The notes beneath the pieces were generated by a model. That model did no database searches, had not been told where the DNA came from, and saw nothing but the letters and a program-made list of their open reading frames with translations. Made by a program: the position numbers and the translations under genes. Positions 10,413-19,925 of a stretch of 49,972 bases of DNA are shown piece after piece. The stretch's first letter is position 1; each line of letters begins with the position of its first letter. The stretch lies in assembly GCA_031414595.1 (NCBI GenBank), contig JANNVX010000060.1, positions 1-49,972 on the forward strand, read 5' to 3'. Source of the stretch: Deinococcales bacterium. Its GTDB lineage: Bacteria > Deinococcota > Deinococci > Deinococcales > JAAFIG01.

Positions 10413-11353
10413 ACACCACTCCAGTCAAACCGATGAACATTCCCATACTGTGTGGTGTCACTGCAAGTGGCAAAACGGCTTTGTCGCTTGAGTTAGCCCA
10501 GTCCTTTGCACTCGAGATTATTTCAGCCGATGCGATGATGGTTTATACGAGTCTGGACATTGGTACAGCTAAACCAAGTTTGCTCGAGCGCGAGGCAGTG
10601 CCGCATCATCTGATTGATATTTTGCCGCCCAACACCGATTTTTCTGTGGCAGCTTGGGTCAGAGCCGCCGAAACTGCCATCGGCGACATTCTGGCTCGAG
10701 GAAACATTCCTTTGGTGGTTGGCGGAACAGGTTTTTATATTCGGGCATTATCGCAGGGTTTACCTAGCACACCAATGTCTGACCCAATCGCCATGCAACG
10801 CTTAGAAGCCGAACTGAAAGCCCAAGGACTGGATGCAATGCTGTCCGAACTAGGGACGGTTAGCCCTGAAGATGCAAGCCGCAGCCAACGCAATCCTCGG
10901 CGGGTGCTACGAGCGCTTGAAATTCTGCGTGGGACTGGCAAAGCCCCATCGCAATTTGCACCAATTCCACCAAAGTTTAAGTTTGCAAAAATGGCACTGA
11001 TTCCACCAACGCCCCTGCTCGAGACGCGGATTGCAACGCGCACCAAATGGATGCTTGAAACTGGTTTACTCGAGGAAACACAAGATTTACTACCGATTTT
11101 TGCAAGAGATGGACGGCGAGCCACAAGTTTTCAAGCCATAGGTTATAAACAAGCACTGGATCATTTGTTAGGTGTAACCGATGAAGCTGGCAACACCGTA
11201 CAAATCTCACTCGAGGAAACCGAACGCCGCATTAACCTTGCCACACGGCAATATGCCAAACGCCAAGGCACTTGGTTTAAGGCTGAACCGAATATACAAA
11301 TATTTACCGAACTCGAGACGATACAAACTGCGCTCGAGACGATACTTTCTTAA
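10409..11353 (+). CDS. miaA: tRNA dimethylallyltransferase
   Basis: GVTASGKT, ISADAMMVY, DIGTAKP, VGGTGFY, TRQYAKRQ; alternative start 10433. Confidence 0.95.
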   Translation: MNTTPVKPMNIPILCGVTASGKTALSLELAQSFALEIISADAMMVYTSLDIGTAKPSLLEREAVPHHLIDILPPNTDFSVAAWVRAAETAIGDILARGNIPLVVGGTGFYIRALSQGLPSTPMSDPIAMQRLEAELKAQGLDAMLSELGTVSPEDASRSQRNPRRVLRALEILRGTGKAPSQFAPIPPKFKFAKMALIPPTPLLETRIATRTKWMLETGLLEETQDLLPIFARDGRRATSFQAIGYKQALDHLLGVTDEAGNTVQISLEETERRINLATRQYAKRQGTWFKAEPNIQIFTELETIQTALETILS

Positions 11354-12240
11354 ATATGTTCTTGGATGTTGCTTTCGACTTTGGCAGTTTCTGGGTTAAT
11401 TTGCGACACCAGCATCGCCATTAAAATACATCCAGCCCCGACCAAGCCTAAGTTGGTGAATGTGTCACCTAACCACCAAACCGAGAAAACGGCAGCAAAA
11501 ACTGGCTCGAGGGCGTAAATCACAGCCGTTTGAAAGGCTGGGACTAAGCGTTGGGCAAAAGATTGTGCCAATGTGGTTATGGCAGTGGCAACCACGCCTA
11601 AAAACACAATCGGTAGCCAATTCTCGAGAATTGCTGTGGTCGGTGGCTTATTTATCAATTCTGGGGCAGCCCAAATCATGCCAAGTATGGCAACAACAGT
11701 CACTTGAACCGCCGCCAGTGGCAGAGGTTGGTATTTGCTGACCACCCTGTCCATCATCACGATATAGAGCGCGTAAGAAACAGCGCAACCCAAAACCCAA
11801 AAATCCCCTGCCGAAAAAGTCAGGGTTAAACCTTGCACCGACATTAAACCAATCCCAAAAAGTGCGACTGCCCCAGCAATATAAGCCGTGTAAGGAACAC
11901 GTTGCTTCAAAAATGGCAGAAGTAGCGGCACAAGAATCACATTTAAGCCCGTGATAAAAGCCGCCCTTGAACTCGAGATGCTGGTTAGTCCAATAATTTG
12001 TGTGATGTAGGAAATAAACAGTACCAGAGCAATTAAACCGCCATCTATCCAGAGTTGACGGTTAGCCAGACGTAACCACGGCGAAAGTACCAAAGCCGCC
12101 ACCAAAAAACGAGTCGAGGTTAAGGCAGCCGGCGAAAGGCTTTCAACTGCATTTTTAACAATTGGAAAGGTCGTCCCCCAGACCACGGTCACAAAAACCA
12201 GTACCGCCACACCCAAATAACTTATTTTTGCTCGTGTCAC
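11350..12240 (-). CDS. EamA/DMT family transporter
   Basis: WGTTF, two EamA halves, LEPVFA. Confidence 0.9.
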   Translation of the reverse strand: MTRAKISYLGVAVLVFVTVVWGTTFPIVKNAVESLSPAALTSTRFLVAALVLSPWLRLANRQLWIDGGLIALVLFISYITQIIGLTSISSSRAAFITGLNVILVPLLLPFLKQRVPYTAYIAGAVALFGIGLMSVQGLTLTFSAGDFWVLGCAVSYALYIVMMDRVVSKYQPLPLAAVQVTVVAILGMIWAAPELINKPPTTAILENWLPIVFLGVVATAITTLAQSFAQRLVPAFQTAVIYALEPVFAAVFSVWWLGDTFTNLGLVGAGCILMAMLVSQINPETAKVESNIQEHI

Positions 12241-12869
12241 GTGGTCAGCTTAACATTCTCGAGAATACTTCGAGCGGCGGTGATTTCGTCGCTGTTGATG
12301 CTGTGACCCAAACCTTTGTAAATTCGGGTATCCACATTTGCGCCTAGGCTTGTGAGAATTTTAGAGCTTTGTTGGACTCGAGCCAAGTCAATATGAAAAT
12401 CTGCCTCATCACAACCAATCAACACAGGGGTCTCGAGTAAAGGCTTAGCCAGTTTGCCAACTTCTGTGTTCGAGCCAATTAACCCACCTGAAAAAGCAAT
12501 TACCCCACCAAAGCGCCCACCGTGCCTTGCGGCATACTCGAGGGCAAGACAAGCGCCTTGCGAAAAACCAAGCAAGACGATTTTTTCAAGTGGTAAACCC
12601 GTTTGTTGGATGGCTTGCGAAACCGTCTCGAGGGCGGAAGTCAGCCAAGGTTCATTTTCGGACACAGGGCGAATAAAACGCTGCGGATACCAAGTGTTAT
12701 TTCTGGCTCGAGGGGCAATAAAAAGAGTGTCAGGAAAATCAAAGTGTGGGCGCAAACCTAAAATATCTTCAGGACTCGAGCCGCGCCCGTGCAGCATAAT
12801 CACAGAGCGATGAGTGGGGTCTCGAGATTTGACGATAAGAGGTGTAATCCCTTGGTGAAGTTCATTCAT
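12237..12869 (-). CDS. Phospholipase/carboxylesterase (alpha/beta hydrolase)
   Basis: LHGRG, GFSQGA nucleophile motif, GH..E. Confidence 0.9.
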   Translation of the reverse strand: MNELHQGITPLIVKSRDPTHRSVIMLHGRGSSPEDILGLRPHFDFPDTLFIAPRARNNTWYPQRFIRPVSENEPWLTSALETVSQAIQQTGLPLEKIVLLGFSQGACLALEYAARHGGRFGGVIAFSGGLIGSNTEVGKLAKPLLETPVLIGCDEADFHIDLARVQQSSKILTSLGANVDTRIYKGLGHSINSDEITAARSILENVKLTT

Positions 12870-12884
12870 GGGTTCATCCTATTA

Positions 12885-12915
12885 AAAATGACGAAGCGAA
12901 TTGCCTCGTCATTTT
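12885..12915. terminator. Hairpin / intrinsic terminator
   Basis: AAAATGACGA ... TCGTCATTTT inverted repeat just downstream of the VOC gene. Confidence 0.55.
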
Positions 12916-12926
12916 GGTCTTATGGC

Positions 12927-13403
12927 TTAAGCCTCGGCAAGAAGCGCCTGTAAATCGAGGGCTTGAGTGACCATCGCTAAGTTTCCCGCTTGGTCTCGAG
13001 GGTAATCGGCTGGGTCGCGGTCTCGGTAGAGTTCCACGCCATTACCATCTGGGTCACGCAGGTAAAGCGCTTCAGAAACGCCGTGGTCAGATGCTCCCTC
13101 GAGTGGGTAGTGATGCTCGATCAACTTCTTTAAGGCTTTTGCCAATTCTTGGCGATTCGGGTACAAAATTGCGGTGTGGTAAAGCCCTGTGCTGCGCCGA
13201 GGCGGTGGCGGAGCGCCAAGGCTCTCCCAAGTATTTAAGCCAATATGGTGATGGTAGCCACCCGCCGACAAAAAGGCAGCGCTATCACCGAGGCGTTGGG
13301 TCACATCAAAACCAAGGATGTCGCGGTAGAATTTTAGGCTGCGGTCTAAGTCAGCCACTTTAAGGTGAACATGCCCGATGCGAGTTTCTGGGTGAATACT
13401 CAT
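12927..13403 (-). CDS. VOC family protein (CatE/catechol 2,3-dioxygenase-like)
   Basis: IGHVHLKV, GGYHHHIGLNTW, DHGVSEALYLRDPDGNGVELY. Confidence 0.9.
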   Translation of the reverse strand: MSIHPETRIGHVHLKVADLDRSLKFYRDILGFDVTQRLGDSAAFLSAGGYHHHIGLNTWESLGAPPPPRRSTGLYHTAILYPNRQELAKALKKLIEHHYPLEGASDHGVSEALYLRDPDGNGVELYRDRDPADYPRDQAGNLAMVTQALDLQALLAEA

Positions 13404-13415
13404 AAGTTAAAATAA

Positions 13416-13447
13416 CAGATGGCTCGAGAACTCGCCCAAGCCATCTG
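13416..13447. terminator. Intergenic hairpin
   Basis: CAGATGGCT (13416-13424) / AGCCATCTG (13439-13447) after the yceI stop. Confidence 0.45.
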
Positions 13448-13456
13448 GTTTATTGT

Positions 13457-13987
13457 TTAGGCGGCTGGTGCGGCGGCTTGGACATCCAAGGTAATTTTCA
13501 CTTCGTCACCGACCAAGACCCCGCCAGTCTCGAGGGCAGTGTTCCAAACCAAACCCCATTCTTTGCGGCTGATTTTGGTTGTGCCAGAGGCAGCAATTTT
13601 GGTATTGCCCCACGGGTCTTTGGCTTGCTGGCTGGTTTCGACATCTAAAGTCACAGCTTTGGTTTCGCCGCGAATTGTTAAGTGTCCTTCAACTTTATAG
13701 TTGTTGTCACCCAAGGTCGTAATATTGGTGCTTTTGAAGGTGATATTAGGGTGGTTGGCGCTGTCAAAAAAGTCTGGAGAATTCAGGTGCCCGTCACGTT
13801 GGGCATCTTTGGTATTGACCGAAGCGGTTTCGATGGTGGCTTCTACGCCAAGCAATTTACCTTGTTCGTCCAGTTCTACCCCGCCACCACTGACCTTAAA
13901 ACTACCGCGCATGGTGCTAATCATCATATGGCGAACGGCGAACTCGAGACTGGTGTGGGATGGGTCTATATTCCAAGTTTGGCTCAT
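13457..13987 (-). CDS. yceI: YceI family protein
   Basis: WNIDPSHTS, RDGHLNSPDFFD, DPWG, GGVLVGDEV. Confidence 0.92.
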   Translation of the reverse strand: MSQTWNIDPSHTSLEFAVRHMMISTMRGSFKVSGGGVELDEQGKLLGVEATIETASVNTKDAQRDGHLNSPDFFDSANHPNITFKSTNITTLGDNNYKVEGHLTIRGETKAVTLDVETSQQAKDPWGNTKIAASGTTKISRKEWGLVWNTALETGGVLVGDEVKITLDVQAAAPAA

Positions 13988-14104
13988 GATTGTTTCTCCT
14001 TAATGCTCGGATTTTTCGTAGCGCTCCGAACTTGGGAGCAGTATATAAAATATATTGGTACATTGTGTAAACTAAAATACATCCAAAGGTGCTATGATAT
14101 TCTC

Positions 14105-14455
14105 ATGACAGAACTTGCTGTCCTCGAGAACCTTCAAAATGAACACAGCACAGGGTTATGTCCCGCCGTGCAAGCCATTGGTATTTTGCAAGAAAAATGG
14201 GTGCTGTACATTGTGCGTTCCTTGCTCGAGAACCCCAAAGGCTTTAATGAACTGCGCCGAGCGATTGGCAACTGCAACCCAAGCACCTTATCAGAGCGCC
14301 TAGAAATGCTCGAGAAAAATGGGATTGTCCTAAAAACCATCGAAAGTTACATGCCACCGCGCACCAGTTACGAACTGACCGAAGCAGGATTTGCCATGCA
14401 GCAAGTGATAGCTGAGATTGACTGTTGGGCAAGACGGTACTTGGCAATAACTTAA
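14105..14455 (+). CDS. HxlR-family winged-helix regulator
   Basis: CP...ILQEKW, GFNELRR, TLSERL, PPRTSYELTEAG; TATGAT-6nt-ATG start; divergent from yceI. Confidence 0.9.
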   Translation: MTELAVLENLQNEHSTGLCPAVQAIGILQEKWVLYIVRSLLENPKGFNELRRAIGNCNPSTLSERLEMLEKNGIVLKTIESYMPPRTSYELTEAGFAMQQVIAEIDCWARRYLAIT

Positions 14456-14640
14456 GCCACTTCAGCTTCGGTATCTAATAATTCAATCAAACTATCGGCT
14501 TTTGCACGAAGCATCTGCGTCTGGGCGTATAAACTCGCTTCGGTATCATCATCATTCACCAAACGCAACTCGAAAATTCGTTTTTGGGTCACTTGTAAAG
14601 CATCTTCTAAGGACTCAATCAATCTTTCTTTGGTACTCAT
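14452..14640 (-). CDS. Small hypothetical helical protein
   Basis: 62-aa ORF co-oriented downstream of the hydrolase, AAGGG RBS. Confidence 0.55.
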   Translation of the reverse strand: MSTKERLIESLEDALQVTQKRIFELRLVNDDDTEASLYAQTQMLRAKADSLIELLDTEAEVA

Positions 14641-14651
14641 AACATATCCCT

Positions 14652-15575
14652 TTAGAGAGATTCATCAAAGAACGTTTTGACTCGAGCTTGAAAGAGTATG
14701 TCAGGTCTCGAGCCACGCCCAAACAAATGTGGTGCGCCATTGTAGCCGTAACACGAAATATTTTTACCCAAACGTTTCATGGTTTGGCAATAACTGATGC
14801 TCCACGCATATGGAACGGATTCGTCGGCGCTGCCGTGATGCAGACTGATTTTAGCGGTCACTCGAGTCAAGAAAAAATGCGGTGAAATCAGGCGTAACCA
14901 CTTTTCGGGGGTGTTGTACTCAAACTCACCACGGGTGCGTTTGCTATAAAAAGTGTAGACCCGCTCGGCATTTTCGCGCTCATTGCTGCTCATTGCGCCA
15001 TACAGCACGGCTGCTTTTGCCCAATTTGGACGAACCACCAAAATACGGTGCGTAACTCCACCACCCATGCTATGACCCCACAACCCAACTCGAGTCGCAT
15101 CGGCAGTGACAAAAATGCCTTTTTGCCCAGCTTGACGGCGTAAACTAGCCATCAGGTACAGCACGTCAAGCGCGTAGCCCACCCGAAAAAGCCCATCGGC
15201 GCTACCCTGACTTGGCGGATGCCCACGGTAATTGGGGTGCAGCACCACATAACCAGCTCGAGCCAGCGCATCGGCATAGCGCGTAGTATAGGTAGTGACA
15301 TTGTAATTGGCTGGATTGACATAGCCATGCAGCACCATCACCACGGCTCGTTTTTGTTTGCCTGTCGGGATGTTGGCAAAGCCGTATTGTTTTATGCCAT
15401 CCGAATCCCAAGAAATCAGATGCCGCGTGAATGCGTTGGTTCTTGCCATGATTCGCTCGGATTTTATTGTGCCACCATCAAAGCTGCGGCTCGAGAGGGC
15501 TTCAACCGTCAGGTTTTGGCGCACATCAGCAAAGGCTACGCCAGAAAGAAAGACTAGTAACCAAAAAAGCCTCAT
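14652..15575 (-). CDS. Secreted alpha/beta hydrolase (peptidase S9-like)
   Basis: Signal peptide from M15575, LHGY, NYRGH, GHSMGG; ATGA overlap with upstream gene. Confidence 0.85.
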   Translation of the reverse strand: MRLFWLLVFLSGVAFADVRQNLTVEALSSRSFDGGTIKSERIMARTNAFTRHLISWDSDGIKQYGFANIPTGKQKRAVVMVLHGYVNPANYNVTTYTTRYADALARAGYVVLHPNYRGHPPSQGSADGLFRVGYALDVLYLMASLRRQAGQKGIFVTADATRVGLWGHSMGGGVTHRILVVRPNWAKAAVLYGAMSSNERENAERVYTFYSKRTRGEFEYNTPEKWLRLISPHFFLTRVTAKISLHHGSADESVPYAWSISYCQTMKRLGKNISCYGYNGAPHLFGRGSRPDILFQARVKTFFDESL

Positions 15576-16531
15576 ACAGTTGCCTCGAAATCTGCGGCAA
15601 AATCGCGCCAAACGCTGTGAATGTGTGTTCCGCCATTGCGTGAATTATCAAACTCGAGCAGAAAATGCTGGGCTTGAACGCGGTAATACTGCGGGTTGCG
15701 CGGTTCTAAACTGCCCGCCCAAGCAAAACGCAAACTGGTGCGGTTAGCAACAATTTTTTGCCAATGTGCCTCGTAAATACCTTGTGGCAGGGGTTTGAGG
15801 TAGGTTTGCAGAATCTCCTCGAGCAGTTTTTGCTGTGCAGCACTCAATGCTTCCCACGTAATCCCAATCGGCGCAAGGGCTGAAACCTTAACTGCGTTTT
15901 GAGTAACGTGCTGAGTCAAGCTATTGCTTTGAAAAATCGCTTGGCTGCGTTGTTGGCTACTCAGTGAGCGAACCAATTCTCGAGCCGCGTCTTCTTCCCT
16001 TGGCATGGCTCGGAAATTCTTCTCGGTTTGGGTGGGGTACGAACCCAAAAAGAATGGAGTGACACCAACCACATCGCCGCGAAGAGTAAAATGCCTCGAG
16101 AGATGATGCCCTTCGATACGCCAGCCCCAAAGACCCGTACCGATTGTGCCAAAGACCGAAAAGTAATACATCAAATCATCTGCGCCCAACTCGAGTTGCA
16201 ACGCCATAATCGCCACAGCTTGCTTGTAACCAATTTCTGAAAGGCTCGAGCGCAGCAGTGCCAGTGCCAAACTGCGGCTTTCAGAAGACATTTCGGCTAG
16301 TGCCAAACCGTTTCGTGGCACGGCATCAGGGGTTGTCCAATGCCAGCGTGTGCGCTCGCTACTCGAGAAGGTAAAAACTGCTGATTGGCGCTGCTGATTG
16401 GGTAACGATGCCAAAAAGCGGTTGGCAGCTTGGGCGATGTTATTTGCCAGTCCGCTTTGAGCGTAAGCTGGTAACACTACCGCCAAGCCAGCCGCTAAAG
16501 CCGCAACTTCGAGAAATTCACGACGATTCAT
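15572..16531 (-). CDS. DUF3500 domain protein with Tat signal
   Basis: MNRREFL twin-arginine signal; WGWRIEGHHLS, FAWAG, YYRVQ, HIHSVWRD. Confidence 0.85.
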   Translation of the reverse strand: MNRREFLEVAALAAGLAVVLPAYAQSGLANNIAQAANRFLASLPNQQRQSAVFTFSSSERTRWHWTTPDAVPRNGLALAEMSSESRSLALALLRSSLSEIGYKQAVAIMALQLELGADDLMYYFSVFGTIGTGLWGWRIEGHHLSRHFTLRGDVVGVTPFFLGSYPTQTEKNFRAMPREEDAARELVRSLSSQQRSQAIFQSNSLTQHVTQNAVKVSALAPIGITWEALSAAQQKLLEEILQTYLKPLPQGIYEAHWQKIVANRTSLRFAWAGSLEPRNPQYYRVQAQHFLLEFDNSRNGGTHIHSVWRDFAADFEATV

Positions 16532-16905
16532 GGTGTGTAATGTACTCAATGGTGATGAATTTTCGGTGCATCAACAATTGGTAGACCATAGACTCGGCGG
16601 CACATTTTTGAGTAGTTGTGCCAGCCAACCAAGTTAGCACAGAGTGATTTACTCGAGAATGCCTAAGGGCAGTTTTGTGGGTGGGCAGTTTCCTACCTAC
16701 GCGCCACTTGAATTCCCCTTCCAGAAACGTTAAATTAGGGTCATGACCATTCTGTAAGGTTATCGAGCTAACCAATCAGGCTCGAGCATCGCATCGGTTT
16801 CACAAACTGCGATGTCTTTTTCCTTGCGAATAACCATGCGGCAAACCCCGTTAATGTATTTGCCGCTTTGTACTTACTGTTTGGCGGTAAGTCTGACAAA
16901 GGATT

Positions 16906-17370
16906 ATGGTCATGATTAGAACAACTATTGCTGAAGATGCCCCCGCTTTATTCAACATGCTCGAACAAAGCGGTCAATTTGATGCTGCTGGACTCGAACA
17001 CGTTAAAACAACCTTGGAAACTCATCTCGCTCAAAACAGCCAAGCCCTCTGGTTTACCGCCTTCGAGGAACAACCCGTAGGAGTGGCTTACTGCGCTCCT
17101 GAACCAGTATCGAGTGGTACTTGGAACTTGCTGATGCTTTGGACGCGCCAAGACCAACACCGTAAAGGCTATGGTTCGGCACTTGTGAAACAAGTTGAAG
17201 CAGCCCTCCATGAGCGCATGGCGCGGTTATTGATTGTTGAAACTTCCGGGCTGGATGACTTTGCTCCAGCCCGAAATTTCTATGAACGCTGTGGTTTTCG
17301 GCAAGAGGCAACGGTGAAAAACTTTTTTGCCGAAGGAGACGACAAGTTGATTTATACGAAGCCTTTATAA
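16906..17370 (+). CDS. GNAT family N-acetyltransferase
   Basis: HRKGYGSALV, LIVETS, ARNFYERCGF. Confidence 0.88.
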   Translation: MVMIRTTIAEDAPALFNMLEQSGQFDAAGLEHVKTTLETHLAQNSQALWFTAFEEQPVGVAYCAPEPVSSGTWNLLMLWTRQDQHRKGYGSALVKQVEAALHERMARLLIVETSGLDDFAPARNFYERCGFRQEATVKNFFAEGDDKLIYTKPL

Positions 17371-17388
17371 AAATCGCATAAAAGGTGC

Positions 17389-17416
17389 GTAGGCTGGGTG
17401 AAAGCCCAGCTTTTTT
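17389..17416 (+). terminator. GTAG-REP-like hairpin with U-tract (terminator of GNAT gene)
   Basis: GTAG GCTGGG tgaaag CCCAGC TTTTTT. Confidence 0.65.
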
Positions 17417-17483
17417 CTACTCAAGAATGGGTGTAAATGTGGTCTTTGATCTCGAGCGGTAGTAATTGATGGGTAGTAAAGCG

Positions 17484-17504
17484 GTAGGGCGAGCTTTGCT
17501 CACC
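17484..17504 (+). repeat. GTAG-type REP-like hairpin
   Basis: GTAG GGCGAGC ttt GCTCACC, same architecture as REPs at 24279 and 43242. Confidence 0.45.
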
Positions 17505-17689
17505 TCCATAAAAACCCTGTCTACCACGCCTCTTTTCCCGCTCGAGTTACTTGCTTTAAGCTCAGGTTTGCTTGTAGCTTGCTGAAGGCAGTCAAAAGCT
17601 GTTCGCTTTTTGCTGCGGCTCGAGGCAGTTTTCTCGAGCTAAGAATAAATCCCACCATTTTTAGCAAGGTGTGGATTCTCTCAAACTGC

Positions 17690-17724
17690 TTGACTCAAAA
17701 TTTTGTTTCGTCTAAGCTAAACAA
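17690..17724 (+). promoter_or_regulatory. Sigma70 promoter with overlapping operator, leaderless TA transcript
   Basis: TTGACT-17bp-TAAGCT-6nt-GTG; TTGTTT/AAACAA inverted repeat (17703-17724) straddles the -10. Confidence 0.7.
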
Positions 17725-18105
17725 GTGAAGCCATTTCGTACTTTTCTCACCCAGCACCCGCTCAAAACACCAAGAAACCATCCCGCTTTACTCGAGGATT
17801 TACTGGAAACGGCTTTGGTAGGTAAGCAAGATTGTGTGGATAAAGCCATTGTCATGATAGAAGACTTACAACTTCACGGCACAAATTGCAGATTTATTAA
17901 ACCCCTTGAGGGTGCGGTTATGGAATTAAAATCTCGAACTGATGATGGCGGTTCTCGAGTTTACTTCTTTCGGGTTGCCGAAGACGCTTTTGCACTGGGT
18001 CGCTTTGAATGCAAAAAAGAGGATGCTGCAAGTCGGCAATTGGTGTACTGGACAGCCCAAGTCGCTATGTTTTACGCAAAAGGTCAAACCGAGGTGATTT
18101 TATGA
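17725..18105 (+). CDS. Type II TA toxin, RelE/HigB (Gp49-like)
   Basis: IKPLEGAVMELK..GGSRVYFF...FECKKE; precedes an HTH gene with ATGA overlap. Confidence 0.7.
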   Translation: MKPFRTFLTQHPLKTPRNHPALLEDLLETALVGKQDCVDKAIVMIEDLQLHGTNCRFIKPLEGAVMELKSRTDDGGSRVYFFRVAEDAFALGRFECKKEDAASRQLVYWTAQVAMFYAKGQTEVIL

Positions 18106-18485
18106 CAAACCAAGAACTGGAGGCTCAAACCAAAGCCTTTCTCGAAGAAACAACCCATATGCAAATTATTGGGAATCCAGAAAACCTAAAAACCAAGACT
18201 GCCTTACAAACTGATTCAGTCCGCAGTCAACTAAGTAAAGCGGTTTTGGTTTCTCGAGTTGGCGATTTATTACGACAAGCAAGGTTAGAACGAGGTTTAA
18301 CTGGAGAACAAGCAGGGGCTTTAGCTGGTGTGAAACGCGCTCGGGTTTCACAAATGGAAACCGATGGAGATGTCTTGCAACTACAGACCCTTGTGGAATA
18401 CGCGCATTCACTGGACTTTGAGGTGCAGTTATCTCTGATTCCAAAAAATGGTGGGACTGTGCTGACTCGAGAATTGAAGCAGTAG
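18102..18485 (+). CDS. XRE/HTH antitoxin (HigA-like)
   Basis: LRQARLERGLTGEQAGALAGVKRARVSQME HTH_3 pattern; GAGGTG RBS. Confidence 0.8.
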   Translation: MTNQELEAQTKAFLEETTHMQIIGNPENLKTKTALQTDSVRSQLSKAVLVSRVGDLLRQARLERGLTGEQAGALAGVKRARVSQMETDGDVLQLQTLVEYAHSLDFEVQLSLIPKNGGTVLTRELKQ

Positions 18486-18593
18486 GCAACATCACCATCC
18501 TCGGCTCGAGCCACCTGCTTTTGCTACTGCTCACTTGCCCGCCAAAATGCAAAAATCACTGGTCTGGCACTCGAGAATCTGAGATAATCGCGT

Positions 18594-19925
18594 ATGACCA
18601 CCCGCTTAATTCCGCCGATGCCTAAAGGTCTGCCCTTGGTTGGGCATGTTCTCGAGTTTGCCAAAGACCCGCCGGGTTACTTAATGCGGGTCAGTCAGTC
18701 GCATGGTGAAATTGTCAATCTGAACTTTGGTAATCGGCAAATGACGATTGTCACCCGCCCCGATTTGGTGGCGTTGGTGCTGCGTGATTACAATAAAAAA
18801 TTCAAGAAGCCTTACCGTGGTTTCCCCGCCTTAAAAGCCCTGATTGGTAACGGTTTACTCTCGAGCGATGGTGATTTTTGGTTGCGTCAGCGCCGATTGG
18901 CACAACCCGCCTTTCATAAAGAAAAAATTCGGGCTTATGGCGAAACCATGCGGCTTTATACCCTTCGCGCCCTCGAGAAAGTTCCAACCGAACTGGATGC
19001 TTTTGAATTCTGGAATTCTTTAACCTTAGAAATTGTCGCAAAAACCCTCTTTAACGCCGAGATTTCTGGACAAGGTAGCCGTGTCGGTCATGCGCTCGAG
19101 GAGGCACTGCAAGCCAACCGAGCGCAAATGGGACAACCGATTCCCTTACCGCTCAGTATTCCATTGCCCGGACATAAACGCTTAAAAGCCGCGATTGCCG
19201 AACTGGACAGCATTACCCTCGAGATGATTGCCAAGGAACGCGCTAACCCTTCTGAGTACAGTTTATTAGCCATGTTGGTGGCGGCAAGGGACGAAGATGG
19301 CAGCCAAATGAACGACGAACAACTGCGTGACGAAGCCCTGACGCTGCTTTTGGCTGGACATGAAACAACCGCCAATGCACTTTCTTGGGCGGTGCATTTG
19401 TTACTCGAGCATCCGACGGTTCTAAAAGCGGCTTGTGCAGAAGCCCGTTCGGTTTTAGGGGCAGAAGGTTGCCGACTCGAGGACATTGCCAAGTTGCCAC
19501 TGATTAAACAAATCTGGCAAGAAACCCTACGGCTCTACCCGACGGCATGGAGCATTGGACGTACTGCCCTTGAGGATGTGCAATTGGGCGAGTATTTTAT
19601 CCCCAAGGGGCAGAACATTATTTTGTCGCAGTACGTGACCCAACGCAGCCCCAAATATTTTGACGACCCCGATAGTTTTAAGCCCGAACGCTGGGTTGAA
19701 GGGTATGAAAAAAGTTTGCCTGACTATGCGTACTTTCCGTTTAGCGCGGGACCAAGGGTCTGTATTGGCAATATGTTTGCCGAGATGGAAGGCATGATTT
19801 TACTCTCCACCGTACTCTCGAGAATTGATTTTCAAAAAGCCAAAAATTACAAGGTCGAAATTTATGCCAGCTTGACCATGCGCCCAAAAAATGGTGTGCC
19901 AGTAATTGCATCACGGTTTAGTTAA
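18594..19925 (+). CDS. Cytochrome P450
   Basis: AGHETT, ETLRLYP, PERW, FSAGPRVCIG heme motif. Confidence 0.96.
   Translation: MTTRLIPPMPKGLPLVGHVLEFAKDPPGYLMRVSQSHGEIVNLNFGNRQMTIVTRPDLVALVLRDYNKKFKKPYRGFPALKALIGNGLLSSDGDFWLRQRRLAQPAFHKEKIRAYGETMRLYTLRALEKVPTELDAFEFWNSLTLEIVAKTLFNAEISGQGSRVGHALEEALQANRAQMGQPIPLPLSIPLPGHKRLKAAIAELDSITLEMIAKERANPSEYSLLAMLVAARDEDGSQMNDEQLRDEALTLLLAGHETTANALSWAVHLLLEHPTVLKAACAEARSVLGAEGCRLEDIAKLPLIKQIWQETLRLYPTAWSIGRTALEDVQLGEYFIPKGQNIILSQYVTQRSPKYFDDPDSFKPERWVEGYEKSLPDYAYFPFSAGPRVCIGNMFAEMEGMILLSTVLSRIDFQKAKNYKVEIYASLTMRPKNGVPVIASRFS

Noticed and set aside
16518-16775. 85-aa minus-strand ORF, and an open frame near 17520-17690
   Set aside because: No recognisable motifs, start signals or protein-like composition
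16787-17450. CTCGAG-free stretch as evidence of recent transfer (also about 26785-27443 and 45822-46465)
   Set aside because: At a mean spacing near 160 bp, several gaps of about 650 bp are expected by chance among about 300 intervals
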